Positions 1-11,582 of a stretch of DNA of 18,994 nt are shown piece after piece (the first letter of the stretch is position 1; every line of letters begins with the position of its first letter). The position numbers and the translations under genes were made by a program. The DNA is from Octopus sinensis (Eukaryota): contig NW_021824374.1 in assembly GCF_006345805.1 (NCBI RefSeq), forward strand, positions 1-18,994, in the 5' to 3' direction. The notes beneath the pieces were generated by a model. The model searched no databases, had not been told where the DNA came from, and saw only the letters and a list, made by a program, of their open reading frames with translations.

Positions 1-54
1 ATTAATATATATATATATATATATATACATATATATATAATATAGATGGATATA

Positions 55-96
<42 letters not shown>

Positions 97-315
97 AACC
101 GGATGGGTGAGTAAACACATAAATGTGAACAAAAGTGGAAAAAAGAGTACTCAAATACCAGGGGTAGAGTAATGTGCTTTATTTAAAAGCAGCAGAAATT
201 CAACAAAACCTGTTACTCGGAGTTTCACGTTCCCGTTCGTCGGACAGTTTTTGTTAAAAAACGTGGAACTCCGAGTAACTGGTTTTGTTGAAATTTCTTC
301 TGCTTTTAAATAAAG
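97..315 (-). mobile_element. Short hammerhead-bearing element, family P1 (Penelope pseudo-LTR-like), with fold-back arm
   Basis: Near-identical to 13013-13137 and 13410-13648 (GTAAACACATAAATGTG...GAGTACTCAAATACC...GCTTTATTTAAAGCAGCAG). Inverted arms at 177-231 and 260-315, TA tracts on both sides, hammerhead motif on the minus strand. Penelope assignment is an inference. Confidence 0.7.
210..247 (-). ncRNA. Type I minimal hammerhead ribozyme motif (U4C core variant)
   Basis: Minus strand reads CTGT CCGACGA ACG-ggaa-CGT GAAA CTC-c-GAG TA ACAG: stem I, core, stem II, GAAA, near-palindromic stem III, GUA triplet. Confidence 0.6.
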
Positions 316-334
316 TATATATGTATATATATAA

Positions 335-377
<43 letters not shown>

Positions 378-540
378 TATACTATATATATATATATATA
401 ATACATACATACATACATACATACATACTACATAATACATACTACATACATACATAAATATGCATACTACATACATACATACATACATACATACATACAT
501 ACATACATCATACATACATAAATATATATAATACTATATA
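316..540. repeat. Compound (TA)n/(CATA)n microsatellite
   Basis: Direct reading; accounts for ORF 306..515. Confidence 0.95.
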
Positions 541-541
541 A

Positions 542-1244
542 CGAGAGAGAGTCAAAAATTACACGCACTCTGGCTTTGTCATGTATTTACACAAAAAACA
601 GTGGATAAACGCGTCATTTTTCTATGTCGTCTCCTTCCTTTCCGATGCATTTGGTCCAGCGGTCCTTAAGCTTGCGTGTTCCGTCCAAGGTTTTCCGTTG
701 GTTGTACAATCATTTCTGTACCGCTTCCTTCACATCTTCATCCGTAGGAAATCGACGACCTCGTAAAGCATCTTTCAGCGGTCCAACGATCTGAGAGCCG
801 GAATGTCTGAGATCTGGACTGCAGAGGGGGGGGCGTTCCAGCACCTCAAAACCCAATTGGTTTCAGCTGTCTGAGCGGTTTTGTGTGGGTGTGCATTGTC
901 ATGCAACAACGAAACTTTCTTCGACAATTGGCTTCGGCTTTTGATGCGAATCGCTGGCTTCCGTTTGTTGGCCAGCAAAACACTGCATCTTGCACTGCAG
1001 ATCGTGCACCCCTTTCGGCCAGAGAAATCCGGATCACTGGTCTTTGTTCTGTTTTGGTGCACATTGCTAGTGGAACGGCCATGCTTACACTGTAAAGCCA
1101 GAAACAACAATGGCGCGATCAGGCTCAAACTTGGATCACGTGACCACAATAGTACCAACTATAAGCACGCATGCGCAGAAGGCAGTGTGACAATAATAAA
1201 GATATAGTATGGTGAAATTGTTGATAAGTTTTGACTTCCCCTCG
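542..1244 (-). mobile_element. Internally deleted mariner (Tc1/mariner) DNA transposon with both TIRs
   Basis: TIRs CGAGAGAGAGTCAAAAATTA (542-561) and the reverse complement of TAAGTTTTGACTTCCCCTCG (1225-1244), with TA flanks. The minus strand encodes a transposase N-terminus MAVPLAMCTKTEQRPVIR fused to the C-terminal region KPAIR...LLHDNAHPH...LKDALRGRRFPTDEDVKEAV...RWTKCIGKEGDDIEK* (stop 614-616), with frameshifts and stops. Confidence 0.9.
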
Positions 1245-1267
1245 TATATATATATATATGTATGTAT

Positions 1268-1471
1268 GTGACCTCGTGTGTACCGTTGGCGACTTTTTTT
1301 CCTCTGTCTTCCCTTCTCTGGATCTTTCCTTCTCCTATGTTTCCGACGAAGAGCTCCGCTCGAAACGTTAAACCATCCTTCTTTCCTTCTTTTCTGAGCG
1401 TCCAATAATACTATACTTGTTCCACGTCCTCGTGTTGTTGTGTTTTTTTGTTATTTATTGTTTGGATTAAC

Positions 1472-1473
<2 letters not shown>
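1268..1473 (+). mobile_element. Short hammerhead-bearing element (Penelope pseudo-LTR-like)
   Basis: TA-flanked pyrimidine-rich unit containing a hammerhead motif; shares the GAAGAGC...GCTCGAAAC core with 6308-6510. Confidence 0.55.
1339..1373 (+). ncRNA. Type I minimal hammerhead motif (U4C variant, 2-bp palindromic stem III)
   Basis: GTTT CCGACGA A GAGC-tcc-GCTC GAAA CG TT AAAC; stem I GTTT/AAAC. Confidence 0.5.
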
Positions 1474-1517
<44 letters not shown>

Positions 1518-1609
1518 ACTTAAATAATGAGGTTAGAAACTGATATTAATCAATTAACATTAATTTAATCAACTGGCTTAGCATATTTTAAAAATCCGAA
1601 GATGAAAAA

Positions 1610-2050
1610 TTATATTACATACAAAATATAAGAGGCTAGAGCTCTAAAGTGGATTCCTAATATGCTAAAAATAGACGTCAAATCGCCTTACCGTGAAAAG
1701 TGTGTTCTCAAGAAAATTTATAAGAATATAAGGATAAAAATCCCGTTAATGATTGTTATCAAGTAGTCAGCATGCTATAAACATTTTTAGGCAATTAATA
1801 CATTAAATTAATAATAATGTACATATGTGTATAACTATATCAAGGGAGATCGGTCGAAAACGACCTTTCTCCAGCTTGCTTGAAGTGCTGATGTCTTCAA
1901 AAACTACCAAAAACCCCAGCTAAAATATACACCTGGCTGAAATCAGGCTTGTGAGAGAAAACTGGAAAACAAAAAGACCTCTCGTTAATTATAAATTGGT
2001 TCCAATTTCTGGATTAAAGCAAAAAATAGCTTTTTTCCTTCGTCAGCGCA
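1610..2050 (-). mobile_element. Diverged hammerhead-bearing repeat (relative of 16276-17262 and 18420-18712)
   Basis: 1670-1718 matches the reverse complement of about 18613-18660. TTATCAAGTAGTCAGCATG at about 1756 resembles 16321. Minus strand 1993-2046 reads CTGACGA AGGA...TCCA GAAA TTGG-aa-CCAA TT, but stem I does not pair. Confidence 0.45.
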
Positions 2051-2092
2051 ATACACGGATAGGGAAAATTTAAATCGAAATAACTGTACATA

Positions 2093-2254
2093 GGCGTAGG
2101 AGTGGCTGTGTGGTAAGTAGCTTGTTTACCAACCACATGGTTCCGGGTTCAGTCCCACTGCGTGGCACCTTGGGCAAGTGTCTTCTACTATAGCCTCGGG
2201 CCGACCAAAGCCTTGTGAGTGGATTTGGTAGACGGAAACTGAAAGAAGCCCGTC

Positions 2255-2289
<35 letters not shown>

Positions 2290-2499
2290 TGTGTGTGTAT
2301 GTGTGTGTGTTTGTGTGTCTGTGTCTATCCCCCTAGCATTGCTTGACAACCGATGCTGGTGTGTTTATGTCTCTGTTACTTAGCGGTTCGACAAAAGAGA
2401 CCGATAGAATAAGTACTGGGCTTACAAAAGAATAAGCCCCGGGGACGAGTTGCTCGATTAAAGGCGGTGCTCCAGCATGGCCGCAGTCAAGTGACTGAA
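2093..2499 (+). mobile_element. tRNA-derived CORE-type SINE, family A (octopus OR-type), near full length
   Basis: A box TGGCTGTGTGG, B box GGTTCAGTCC, CORE-like GGCACCTTGGGCAAGTG, internal TA/GT microsatellite, tail GGCGGTGCTCCAGCATGGCCGCAGTC. Many copies in the window. Confidence 0.9.
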
Positions 2500-2842
2500 G
2501 ATCTCAGGGACACAGTGAGGGATACATGCGCCAGGCTCTGGAGCCATCGCGGGGCCATGGAGGAAGCTGAACGCTGCTACTTGGAATAAGCTGTTATCAC
2601 CCATCCATAGTCATGTTGATTTTGTTTGGAATTTTTGAAGTCCTTCTATTTTTGGATGGAAAATTTTATGCAAATTGTCAGATTTATCCTAAAACACCAT
2701 TTGTGGGAATTTATGTTCTCTCTTTGAGATTATTAAAAGTTATCCTTGCAGAAGTCAAGTTGGTCACTAAAAATGTATGTATGAATATATATGTATGTGT
2801 ATATGTTTATACATATATATATATATATATATAAATTTATGT

Positions 2843-2843
<1 letters not shown>

Positions 2844-2898
<55 letters not shown>

Positions 2899-2954
2899 GA
2901 AAGTAGGTAGGTAGGTAGGTGGGTAGGTAGGTAGGTAGTAGGTAGGTAGGTATG

Positions 2955-3051
<97 letters not shown>

Positions 3052-3060
3052 GGATAGATA
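2844..3060. repeat. (TAGA)n/(TAGG)n microsatellite
   Basis: Direct reading. Confidence 0.95.
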
Positions 3061-3067
3061 TAAAATA

Positions 3068-3191
3068 GGCTTCTTTTAGTTTCCGTCTATAAAATCACTG
3101 GGCTATAGAAGACACCCAAGGTGCCACGCAGTGGGACTGAACCCGAAGCTGTCTGATCAGTCAGCAAATTCTTACAACACAACCACGCCTG
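3068..3191 (-). mobile_element. SINE family A head fragment with internal deletions
   Basis: Reverse complement of the 2093-2255 head (CCAAGGTGCCACGCAGTGGGACTGAACCCG). Confidence 0.85.
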
Positions 3192-3194
3192 CGA

Positions 3195-3421
3195 TATATA
3201 TATTGAATGTGTGTGAATATATGTGTGTGTGTATGTGTGCATAAGCATAAACACCATTACTTATGTATGTATGTATGTATGTATGTATGTATGTATGTAT
3301 GTATGTATGTATGTATGTATGTATGTATTTGTGTATATAACACGCGCGCACGCATTATTAGACTTTTCGACAATTGTCTGTCAACTTTGAAATCTCTCAC
3401 AGTTCCTTCGATACAAATAAT

Positions 3422-3456
<35 letters not shown>

Positions 3457-3527
3457 TCTGTGTGTGTATGTATATATATGTATATGTATGTATCTATATA
3501 TATATAATTATATATATATGTGTGTGT

Positions 3528-3568
<41 letters not shown>

Positions 3569-3721
3569 TGTATATATGTGAGTGTTCATACACACATATA
3601 TATAATATATGTATGTATGTGTATATATATATATATATTTATAGAGATATGTATGCATATACATCATATACAATGTAAATATATATAGACGAATATTTAT
3701 ATAGGTGCATATATGTATATG

Positions 3722-3787
<66 letters not shown>

Positions 3788-3813
3788 TGCATGCATATAT
3801 ATATGTATGTATG

Positions 3814-3851
<38 letters not shown>

Positions 3852-4075
3852 ATATATATATATATATATAGTCGAATATTTATATAGGTATATATATATA
3901 TAATATGCATGTATTATATATGTATGCATAAATACATGCAAATACAAAATACATAAATGTATATATATACATCTATATATATATATATGTATACACACAC
4001 ACATATGCTCCCACAAACCTTTACATTATATGTATGTATGTATGTTTGTATGTATGTATGTATGTATGTATATGA
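3195..4075. repeat. Compound (TA)n/(TATG)n/(TG)n microsatellite field
   Basis: Direct reading; accounts for the YI/MYVC-rich ORFs. Confidence 0.9.
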
Positions 4076-4427
4076 TAGTTAAGTAGACATACTCACAAAG
4101 AATGTTGTTCCGGGTGTGTTTAAAAGGGCGATCAAAGGACGGGTGGTGGGGTGTCGACTGTTCTCTAGAAACAAGTTCTGGCCTAGATGTTACCCCAAAA
4201 AGAAAAAATACGAAATGAAGACAAGATCTGCCAAAACATTTCCGGTTTCTCGACAGATGTACTTCCGGTGTTGACCTCATTGTTTCTGTGATTGCCATTC
4301 TAAACTCGAGACTTGAAGATTCTCAGTGAAGTTCCGACCAAGGGAGAGGGAACCCTACGCTAGAGATAACAGCTAAATATAACCTTGAGAAATGGTGAGA
4401 GAAGAAAGAGAGACAGAAAGAGTGAAG

Positions 4428-4467
<40 letters not shown>

Positions 4468-4480
4468 GAGAGAGAGAGAA

Positions 4481-4630
4481 GGGTGTGGGTGTAAGGTAAG
4501 AAGCTCACTTCCCAACCACATGGTTCCGGATTCGATCCCACTGCGTGGCACCTTGGGCAAGTGTCTTCTACTATAACTTCGTGCCTTGTGAGTTGATTTG
4601 GTAGATGGAAACTGAAAGAAGCCCATCGTA
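4481..4630 (+). mobile_element. SINE family A head
   Basis: CCAACCACATGGTTCCGGATTCGATCCCACTGCGTGGCACCTTGGGCAAGTG, matching 2093-2255. Confidence 0.88.
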
Positions 4631-4633
4631 TGT

Positions 4634-4705
<72 letters not shown>
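4634..4705. repeat. (TAGA)n microsatellite
   Basis: Direct reading. Confidence 0.95.
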
Positions 4706-4706
4706 G

Positions 4707-5219
4707 TTCAGATGAATATGGTACTTAAGCTAAAGGCACCAGAATTTTGTATGGTATTATCCATATAAATCAAATGGGATGATTATAATCAAAAATAAGC
4801 AACAAGGATATCCAAGGTAGAGTAGTACAATTGTTTCATGCTACTTCATTTTATTAAACACTGTAAGTATTACATCAGTTTTGAAATGTCGAGCAATCTT
4901 CAGCCACATATAGAATCTTCCAATTAAACAGGCAATGCACATTCTTATCCCTATTTCATTTGCCAACATTATAAAGAGGGTAGATATATTGACAGAGAGG
5001 TTGATTTCATTCTTAAGAACATGATAGTAGTATGTTCAATGTCCGTCTGTCTGAAATAGGGATAAGAATGTGCATTGTCCGTTTAATTGGAAGATTCTAT
5101 ATGTGGCTGAAGATTGCTCGACATTTTAAAACTGATGTAATACTTACAGAGTTTAATAAAATGAAGTAGCATGAAACAATTGTACTACTCTACCTTTGAT
5201 ATCCTTGTTGCTTATTTTG

Positions 5220-5225
<6 letters not shown>
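4707..5225 (-). mobile_element. Fold-back element, family P2, copy 1
   Basis: Roughly 175-bp inverted arms at 4784-4958 and 5052-5225 around a 93-bp spacer. Terminus TTCAGATGAATATGGTACTTA is shared with 5771 and 16207. Confidence 0.75.
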
Positions 5226-5264
<39 letters not shown>

Positions 5265-5285
5265 ACACAGACACACACATATATA

Positions 5286-5766
5286 TATAATCAAAATAAG
5301 CAACACGGATATCCAGAGGTAATGCAGTACGATCGTTTTCCACTTAATTGAACAATGCAATCATTACATCAATTTAAATGCAGAGCAATCCTCAGCTGCA
5401 TAAAGACAAGAAATTTAATTAAATTAAAACAGATGGACACATTAGTATAATTTTACCTAAAATCCCCAAGAAGATAAGGAGATAGACAAAGAACATGCTG
5501 CCTTCACTTCAGCTTGGAAGCTACTAAGATATCAGGAAGAAACACTTGTTACAAATTTTGCTTGTCACTGTTTTATGGGGTCAGTTTTAATTTATAGACT
5601 AGTTTTATCAAACCTTTGTGTATCTAAGGCCGAGAGAACGAGAGGCAGTGTCTGCATTACCTCTGGATATCCTTGTTGCTTTTTTTTAAATTTTAATCAC
5701 CTTATTTTGAAATTGGATGGATGATACCGTACTAAATTCTGGTGCTTCAAATAAGTACCATATTCA

Positions 5767-5771
<5 letters not shown>
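5286..5771 (+). mobile_element. Fold-back element, family P2, copy 2 (opposite orientation)
   Basis: Arms at 5298-5327 and 5652-5681. End AATTCTGGTGCTTCAAATAAGTACCATATTCATCTGA is largely the reverse complement of 4708-4747. Confidence 0.7.
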
Positions 5772-5831
<60 letters not shown>

Positions 5832-5870
5832 CACACACACACACACACACATATTTATGTATATATTTAT
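5772..5870. repeat. (TA)n/(CA)n microsatellite
   Basis: Direct reading. Confidence 0.9.
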
Positions 5871-6080
5871 GTGTGTGAGTCTTTGTGTCTATGTTTGTAC
5901 CACCCATCAACTCTTGACAATCGGTGTTGGTGTGGTTATGTTCTCGTAACTTAGCGGTTCGGCAAAAGTGACCAATAGAATTAGTACCAGACTTTAAAAA
6001 AATAAGTCCTGGGTCGATTTGTTCCACTAAAAGTGGTGCTCCTGCATGGCCGCAATTACATGGCTTTAACAAGTAGAATA
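5871..6080 (+). mobile_element. SINE family A 3' half
   Basis: CTTAGCGGTTCGGCAAAAG...GGTGCTCCTGCATGGCCGCA, matching 2379-2490. Confidence 0.85.
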
Positions 6081-6127
6081 ATATATACATATATATCAAA
6101 ATGTGTGTTATAATACTATTCGAGACA

Positions 6128-6300
<173 letters not shown>

Positions 6301-6307
6301 GCGCGCC

Positions 6308-6510
6308 ATGTTTGCCTACTGAACTTTATACTGTTTTTTTTTCGATCTCCGTTTTTTCTCTCTCTGTTTATTTTCTCATGTTCCTTTCTGTTGAAGAGCG
6401 TAGGCTCGAAACATAAAAGACTTTTCCATTTTCCCCAAGCGCTAAACTAATACACTTGCCTGTGGTTCACACACCTGTCTTCGTTTTTTATTTTTCTGCA
6501 AATCTGAATT
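6308..6510 (+). mobile_element. Short element with degenerate hammerhead (relative of 1268-1473)
   Basis: 6384-6419 reads CTTT CTGTTGA A GAGC-gtag-GCTC GAAA CA TA AAAG. A6 and stem III are mutated; TA-flanked. Confidence 0.5.
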
Positions 6511-6679
6511 ATATATATACATACATACATCTATATATATATATAAACTTACTTGGAGGAAACGAAACGACGCGAGGGCGCTCAGTCATACAATAGTGTA
6601 ATAAATAAAATATATGCATACATACATATATGTACGTACCTACATCTACATGTATATATACATGCATATATAAATATAT

Positions 6680-6990
6680 ATGTGTGAGTACAGGACACCA
6701 CAAATAGACGTAGAACTCAACGAGAAACGAAAGCGTAAAAACAAACATGGAAACGGACCTTTTTTTAACAACGAAAAACCAGAGTACAAGACAAACAACA
6801 TAAGGAAAATTCCCCTTCATCAGCTGTCCCTAGTACGACTCCATGCGTGTTTCGAAGGTGAGGACAGAACACGACTCATCGAACTAGCCCTTCCTGCGAA
6901 AGAATTAAATAAAATTCCTTTGCAGAGGGGTAAAAACAAGGAAAGAAAAAAATGTGACAAAAACAGGACGTAAAAACGATACAAATAAAA
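6680..6990 (-). repeat. Probable interspersed repeat (unclassified, TA-flanked)
   Basis: Purine-rich unit between TA tracts with CTGATGA and CGAAAC motifs on the minus strand in non-type-I order. No second copy in the window. Confidence 0.3.
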
Positions 6991-7884
6991 TTACAAAATA
7001 AAATACAAAATATATATATATTATATATATATTGTTTTGGAGAAATTGTACAAGGCTTGAGCTTACATTATAGTAGTATCTATGGAAGACCGGTCGAATC
7101 ATTATTTATATGGACTTAACGATTGGTCGCAATTAATCATATAATTTCGTTATTGCAGTTTACTATTAATAACGATACAATGTACATTGGTTTGAATGTC
7201 TCTTGTTGTAGATTTAGTAACGTTAATATTTAATCTTGTCTATATATTGATTGATTGATTGAAAGAATGTGGTTATTAAACTTTTACGTTTATATTACAC
7301 TACGGAAGACTGTAGGGATTATAATTTTGTATGACTTAATAGAGTTGTCGCTGTTTAGTTACGTATTTAGGAGTTGGTTGTAATTTACTTATTGAATATA
7401 TTTATCGGTAAGGTTATCCATAGGGTGAATGTGTTTGAAAGTTGTGGTTTCTTTGGTTTGTTTGTTCCCAAACAACCCTTATTTTAGTGCTGTTGACACC
7501 ACCGGATTGAATGGTACTGCCCAGGTGTCAAAACCATAATGATATCCGTGTGGCAGCTGATGATGGAGGTATGTTGGATTGTTGGTATGGCTGTGGAATA
7601 GTATTATAACACATCCTTTTGATATAAATATATATATATACATATATTCACTATTCTTTAATAAGGATAGTATTGACAGGGACTTCGCAATTTCGGCCAT
7701 CGTTGGTCTGACTTTGTGCTCTACAAAAGTATGGAGTAATCCTTCACATTAACATGAAATTGATTTTGTTATAAAAGAACATAAAAACAAGACATGAATA
7801 CGCGCGTGCACGCATGCGCACAGATACACACGCACACATATCTTCCATATGTGAGTGTGTGTGTGTATGGAAAATCCAATTAGG

Positions 7885-8036
7885 CTTAGCAGGTAAAGTT
7901 GGCTGTGAAAGACCAACAGAATAAGTACTAACTTTTACAAAAATAAATCCTGGGGTCGATTTCGTCGACTAAAACCCTTCAAGGCGGTGCTCCAGCATGG
8001 CCACAATCAAATGCCTGGACCAAGTAAAAGAATAAA
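7885..8036 (+). mobile_element. SINE family A tail
   Basis: AGAATAAGTACT...AAGGCGGTGCTCCAGCATGGCCACAATCAAATG...CAAGTAAAAGAATA. Confidence 0.85.
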
Positions 8037-8451
8037 ACAATATTACTTTTTCCGTTCCGTTTAAGCCGTTAAGAGTCACTTGAACTGGACACTTGGCGAG
8101 ATTTCGAGTTCGCAAGGGTCGGGTTTCGTATCCAACCAACGACCCTTCACAGAAACTGAGATGCGTCCGATTCCTTTTATGATAGAGCAGCATCAGCTCA
8201 GAACTGTTCGCCCATGCTGCAGCTGCATATTGCACTCTCCTCTCTGAGGATCCGTCTTGGGTGACGACGACGGCTCATGCTGGTCAGCTCCATACTACCA
8301 CGGGGTCACAGCCGTTGAGGAAGCATTTTGCACGGGTTGGGGGACAGATTGGGACACTACTCGCGATTTTTCGAGGGAATGCCGACAGATGGCAAACGAA
8401 GCGACCCGCTGCAACGGCACATGTCCCCACACTTTTGCATAGTTGCAAAAA

Positions 8452-9283
8452 TATACATACATACATACATACATACACACATACATACATACATACATAC
8501 ATACACACATACATACATACATACATACATACATACACACATACATACATCCATACATCCATACATACATACACACATACATACATACACACATACATAC
8601 GTACCTACATACATGCATACATACATACACACATACATACATACATACATCCATACATACATCCATACATACATACATACATCCATACATACATCCATAC
8701 ATACATACACACATACATACATACACACATACATACATACATACATCCATACATACATACACACATACATACATGCACACATACATACATACATACATAC
8801 ACATACATCCATCCATACATACATACATACATACATACATACATACATACATACATACATGCATACATACATACATACATACATACACACATCCATACAT
8901 ACATACATCCATACATACATCCTCCATCCATACATACATACATACATACATCCATCCATCCATCCATCCATCCATCCATACATACATACGTACGTACATA
9001 CATACATATACATACATACATCATACATACATACATACATACATACATACATACATCCATACATACATCCATACATACATACATACATACATACATACAT
9101 CATACATACATACATACATCCATCCATCCATCCATACATACATACATCCATCCATACATCCACCCATACATACATACATACATACACACACACATACATC
9201 CATCCATCCATCCATCCATCCATCCATCCATCCATCCATACATACATACATACATACATACATAAACACATACATACATACGT
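8452..9283. repeat. (CATA)n/(CATC)n compound tetranucleotide array, about 830 bp
   Basis: Direct reading; explains the long HTYI/MYVC ORFs. Confidence 0.95.
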
Positions 9284-9528
9284 ATTTAAATGTCTTGGAG
9301 AATTACTTAATTGCTTGAAGTGTAAAGATGATTTTTTTTTATGATTTTTAAAAAAATGTCATGAAATATTTTCTGAGGATCTTACTAACGGCTTTAGGAA
9401 GAATTTTTTTTTTTCTAGAGTGTGAGCGCTTTCGTTTACCCTTTTCAGACACACGTGCTCTTCGATGTATATATTATATATATATATATATATAGATACA
9501 ACACGTATATTTATAATATATATTTATA

Positions 9529-9569
<41 letters not shown>

Positions 9570-9727
9570 CTTTTTACTTGTTTCAGTCATTTGACTGCGG
9601 CTATGCTGGAGCACGCCTTTAGTCGAGCAAATCGGCCCCAGGACTTATTATTTGTAAGCCTAGTACTTATTCTATCGATACCTTTAGCCGAACCGCTAAG
9701 TTACGGGGACGTAAACATACCAGCATC
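9570..9727 (-). mobile_element. SINE family A tail
   Basis: TTTTACTTGTTTCAGTCATTTGACTGCGGCTATGCTGGAGCACGCC is the reverse complement of the family A tail. Confidence 0.88.
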
Positions 9728-9831
9728 AAGCGGCCTTAACGCTTCTGCCGCCAGACCACGTGACAGTCTTAAAATTTTAACTTCATTCGTTCAATGAATT
9801 ATACTACAGTTGGTGGTATTGCCATGAAGAC

Positions 9832-9874
<43 letters not shown>

Positions 9875-9989
9875 ATAGTAGTAGTAGTAGTAGTGGTAAT
9901 AGTAGTAGTAGTAGTAGTAGTAGTAGTTGTTGTAGTAGTAGTGGTAGTGGTAATAGTAGTGGTAGTAGTAGTAGTAGTAGTAGTAGTAG
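9832..9989. repeat. (GTA)n trinucleotide repeat
   Basis: Direct reading. Confidence 0.95.
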
Positions 9990-10337
9990 CGTTGGTGATG
10001 TTGGTGGAGGCGACAGCGGCAGTGGTGGTTTTAGTATTGCTGTTGGGGGTTTGTCTTAAGGGGAGGAGGAGGAGGAGGAGGAAGAGGAGGGGCAGTGATG
10101 CTAAGGGTGCCAGTAGGTGCAATGGTGGTGGCGGCGGCGGCGACGTTAGAAACGTGGGAAATGTATTCAATGAGTTTCTGGAAGTTTCCGTGTTTCCCTC
10201 CACCCACGCCCCACACCCCTCATACCCCGAACCTCCCACCACCACCACCACCACCACTCCACATCCCCGACACTTTCCACTATCACAGTTTCAGCCTCCG
10301 TCCACGTCACGTACACTCGTCATTGCGATTATAACAA

Positions 10338-10384
10338 TGGTGGTTGCGGTGGTGGTGGTCGTGGTCGTGGTGGTGGTGGTGGTG

Positions 10385-10431
<47 letters not shown>

Positions 10432-10480
10432 GGTGGTCGTGGTGGTGGTCGTGGTCGTGGTGGTGGTCGTGGTGGTCGTG

Positions 10481-10521
<41 letters not shown>

Positions 10522-10666
10522 GGTGGTCGTGGTCGTGGTCGTGGTCGTGGTGGTGGTGGTCGTCGTGGTGGTGGTCGTGGTGGTCGTGGTGGTCGTGGTC
10601 GTGGTGGTAGTCGTGGTGGTCGTGGTGGTCGTGGTGATGGTTGTGGTGGTGGTGGTGGTGGTGGTG
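10338..10666. repeat. (GTG/GTC)n trinucleotide repeat
   Basis: Direct reading; gives the poly-V/poly-T ORFs. Confidence 0.95.
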
Positions 10667-10746
10667 CCGGGTTCGATCCTTTTGCCTGGCATCTTAAGCA
10701 AGTATCTCTCTCTATCTCTCTATCTCTATCTCTCTGTCTCTCTCTC

Positions 10747-11066
10747 CATGGTTCAGGGTTCAGTCCTACTGTGTGGCACCTTGGGCAAGTATCTTCTACT
10801 ATAACCCCAGGCCGACCAAAGACTTGTGAGTGGATTTTGCAGACGGAAACTGAAAGAATCCTGTCGTTTGTGTGTGTGTGTGTGTGTGTGTGTGAGTGTG
10901 TGTCTGTGTTTGTCCTGTGTTGGTATGTTTACGTCTTTGTAACTTAGCATTTCAGCAAAAAAAGAAAAAGAAGTGCTGGGTTCGAGTCATTTCACTAAAA
11001 TTGCTCCAAGTCGGTGCCCCAGCATGGCCGCAGTCTAATCAGTGAAACAAGTAAAAGATAAAAGAT
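10747..11066 (+). mobile_element. SINE family A, 5'-truncated and diverged
   Basis: CATGGTTCAGGGTTCAGTCC...GGCACCTTGGGCAAG...GGTGCCCCAGCATGGCCGCAG...GAAACAAGTAAAAGATA. Confidence 0.85.
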
Positions 11067-11439
11067 ACAAGATACGCACACACACACACACACACACGCA
11101 CACACACACCCAAAACCATTTCCCCATCTCCCACAAGGTCATTGAACCGCCCGCCTACCCGATCCACCCAGTCATTATTATATCTCTTATTTAGCTGATC
11201 TTGTGGTGGGATGCGGGGTGGGGGGGGCCGCTTCGAGATACGAGATTCTGAGCGACTGAAGGGTCGGTGTCGGGGACCGGGGCTAGGTGGGGGGAGGGGG
11301 ATTTTTTTAAAAAATGGACGTAAGTGGCCTGATCTGTCATCCCAGCATCACTTTCCTCCCTCCCCCCTGCAACTCCCGTCGCCACCACCGCCTAACCTTC
11401 TTTCGTTTCCCCCCGTGACCCCCAACCCCCGCCACGATC

Positions 11440-11543
11440 AGCACACATACACGCACACATGCACACGCACACGCGCACACACACGCACACACGCACGCAC
11501 ACGCAAATACGCGCGCGCACACACACATATGCAAGCACACACA

Positions 11544-11582
<39 letters not shown>

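Noticed and set aside
2093-2160. tRNA gene calls for SINE heads
   Set aside because: A and B boxes continue into CORE and tail sequence and I could not fold a full cloverleaf; these are SINEs.
4707-5771. Single MITE with TIRs
   Set aside because: The same terminus occurs alone at 16005-16207 and each half has its own fold-back, favouring two inverted insertions.
6795-6865. Possible type II hammerhead (minus strand CGAAAC...CTGATGA)
   Set aside because: Stems I and III do not pair convincingly.
6680-6973. 97-aa ORF as a host exon
   Set aside because: Lies in a TA-flanked purine-rich probable repeat, with no recognisable domain or splice support.
7550-7720. CTGATGA at 7557 and minus-strand GGCCGAAA near 7690 as hammerhead parts
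   Set aside because: They are on opposite strands and each lacks the other core half; at most relics.
8261-9344. Long ORFs of 290-338 aa (HTYI / MYVC repeats)
   Set aside because: Translations of a (CATA/CATC)n array that is open in most frames; not a protein.
9794-10804. 336-aa poly-Val ORF and the antisense poly-Thr ORFs
   Set aside because: Produced by (GTA)n and (GTG/GTC)n repeats, and the ORF runs into a SINE.
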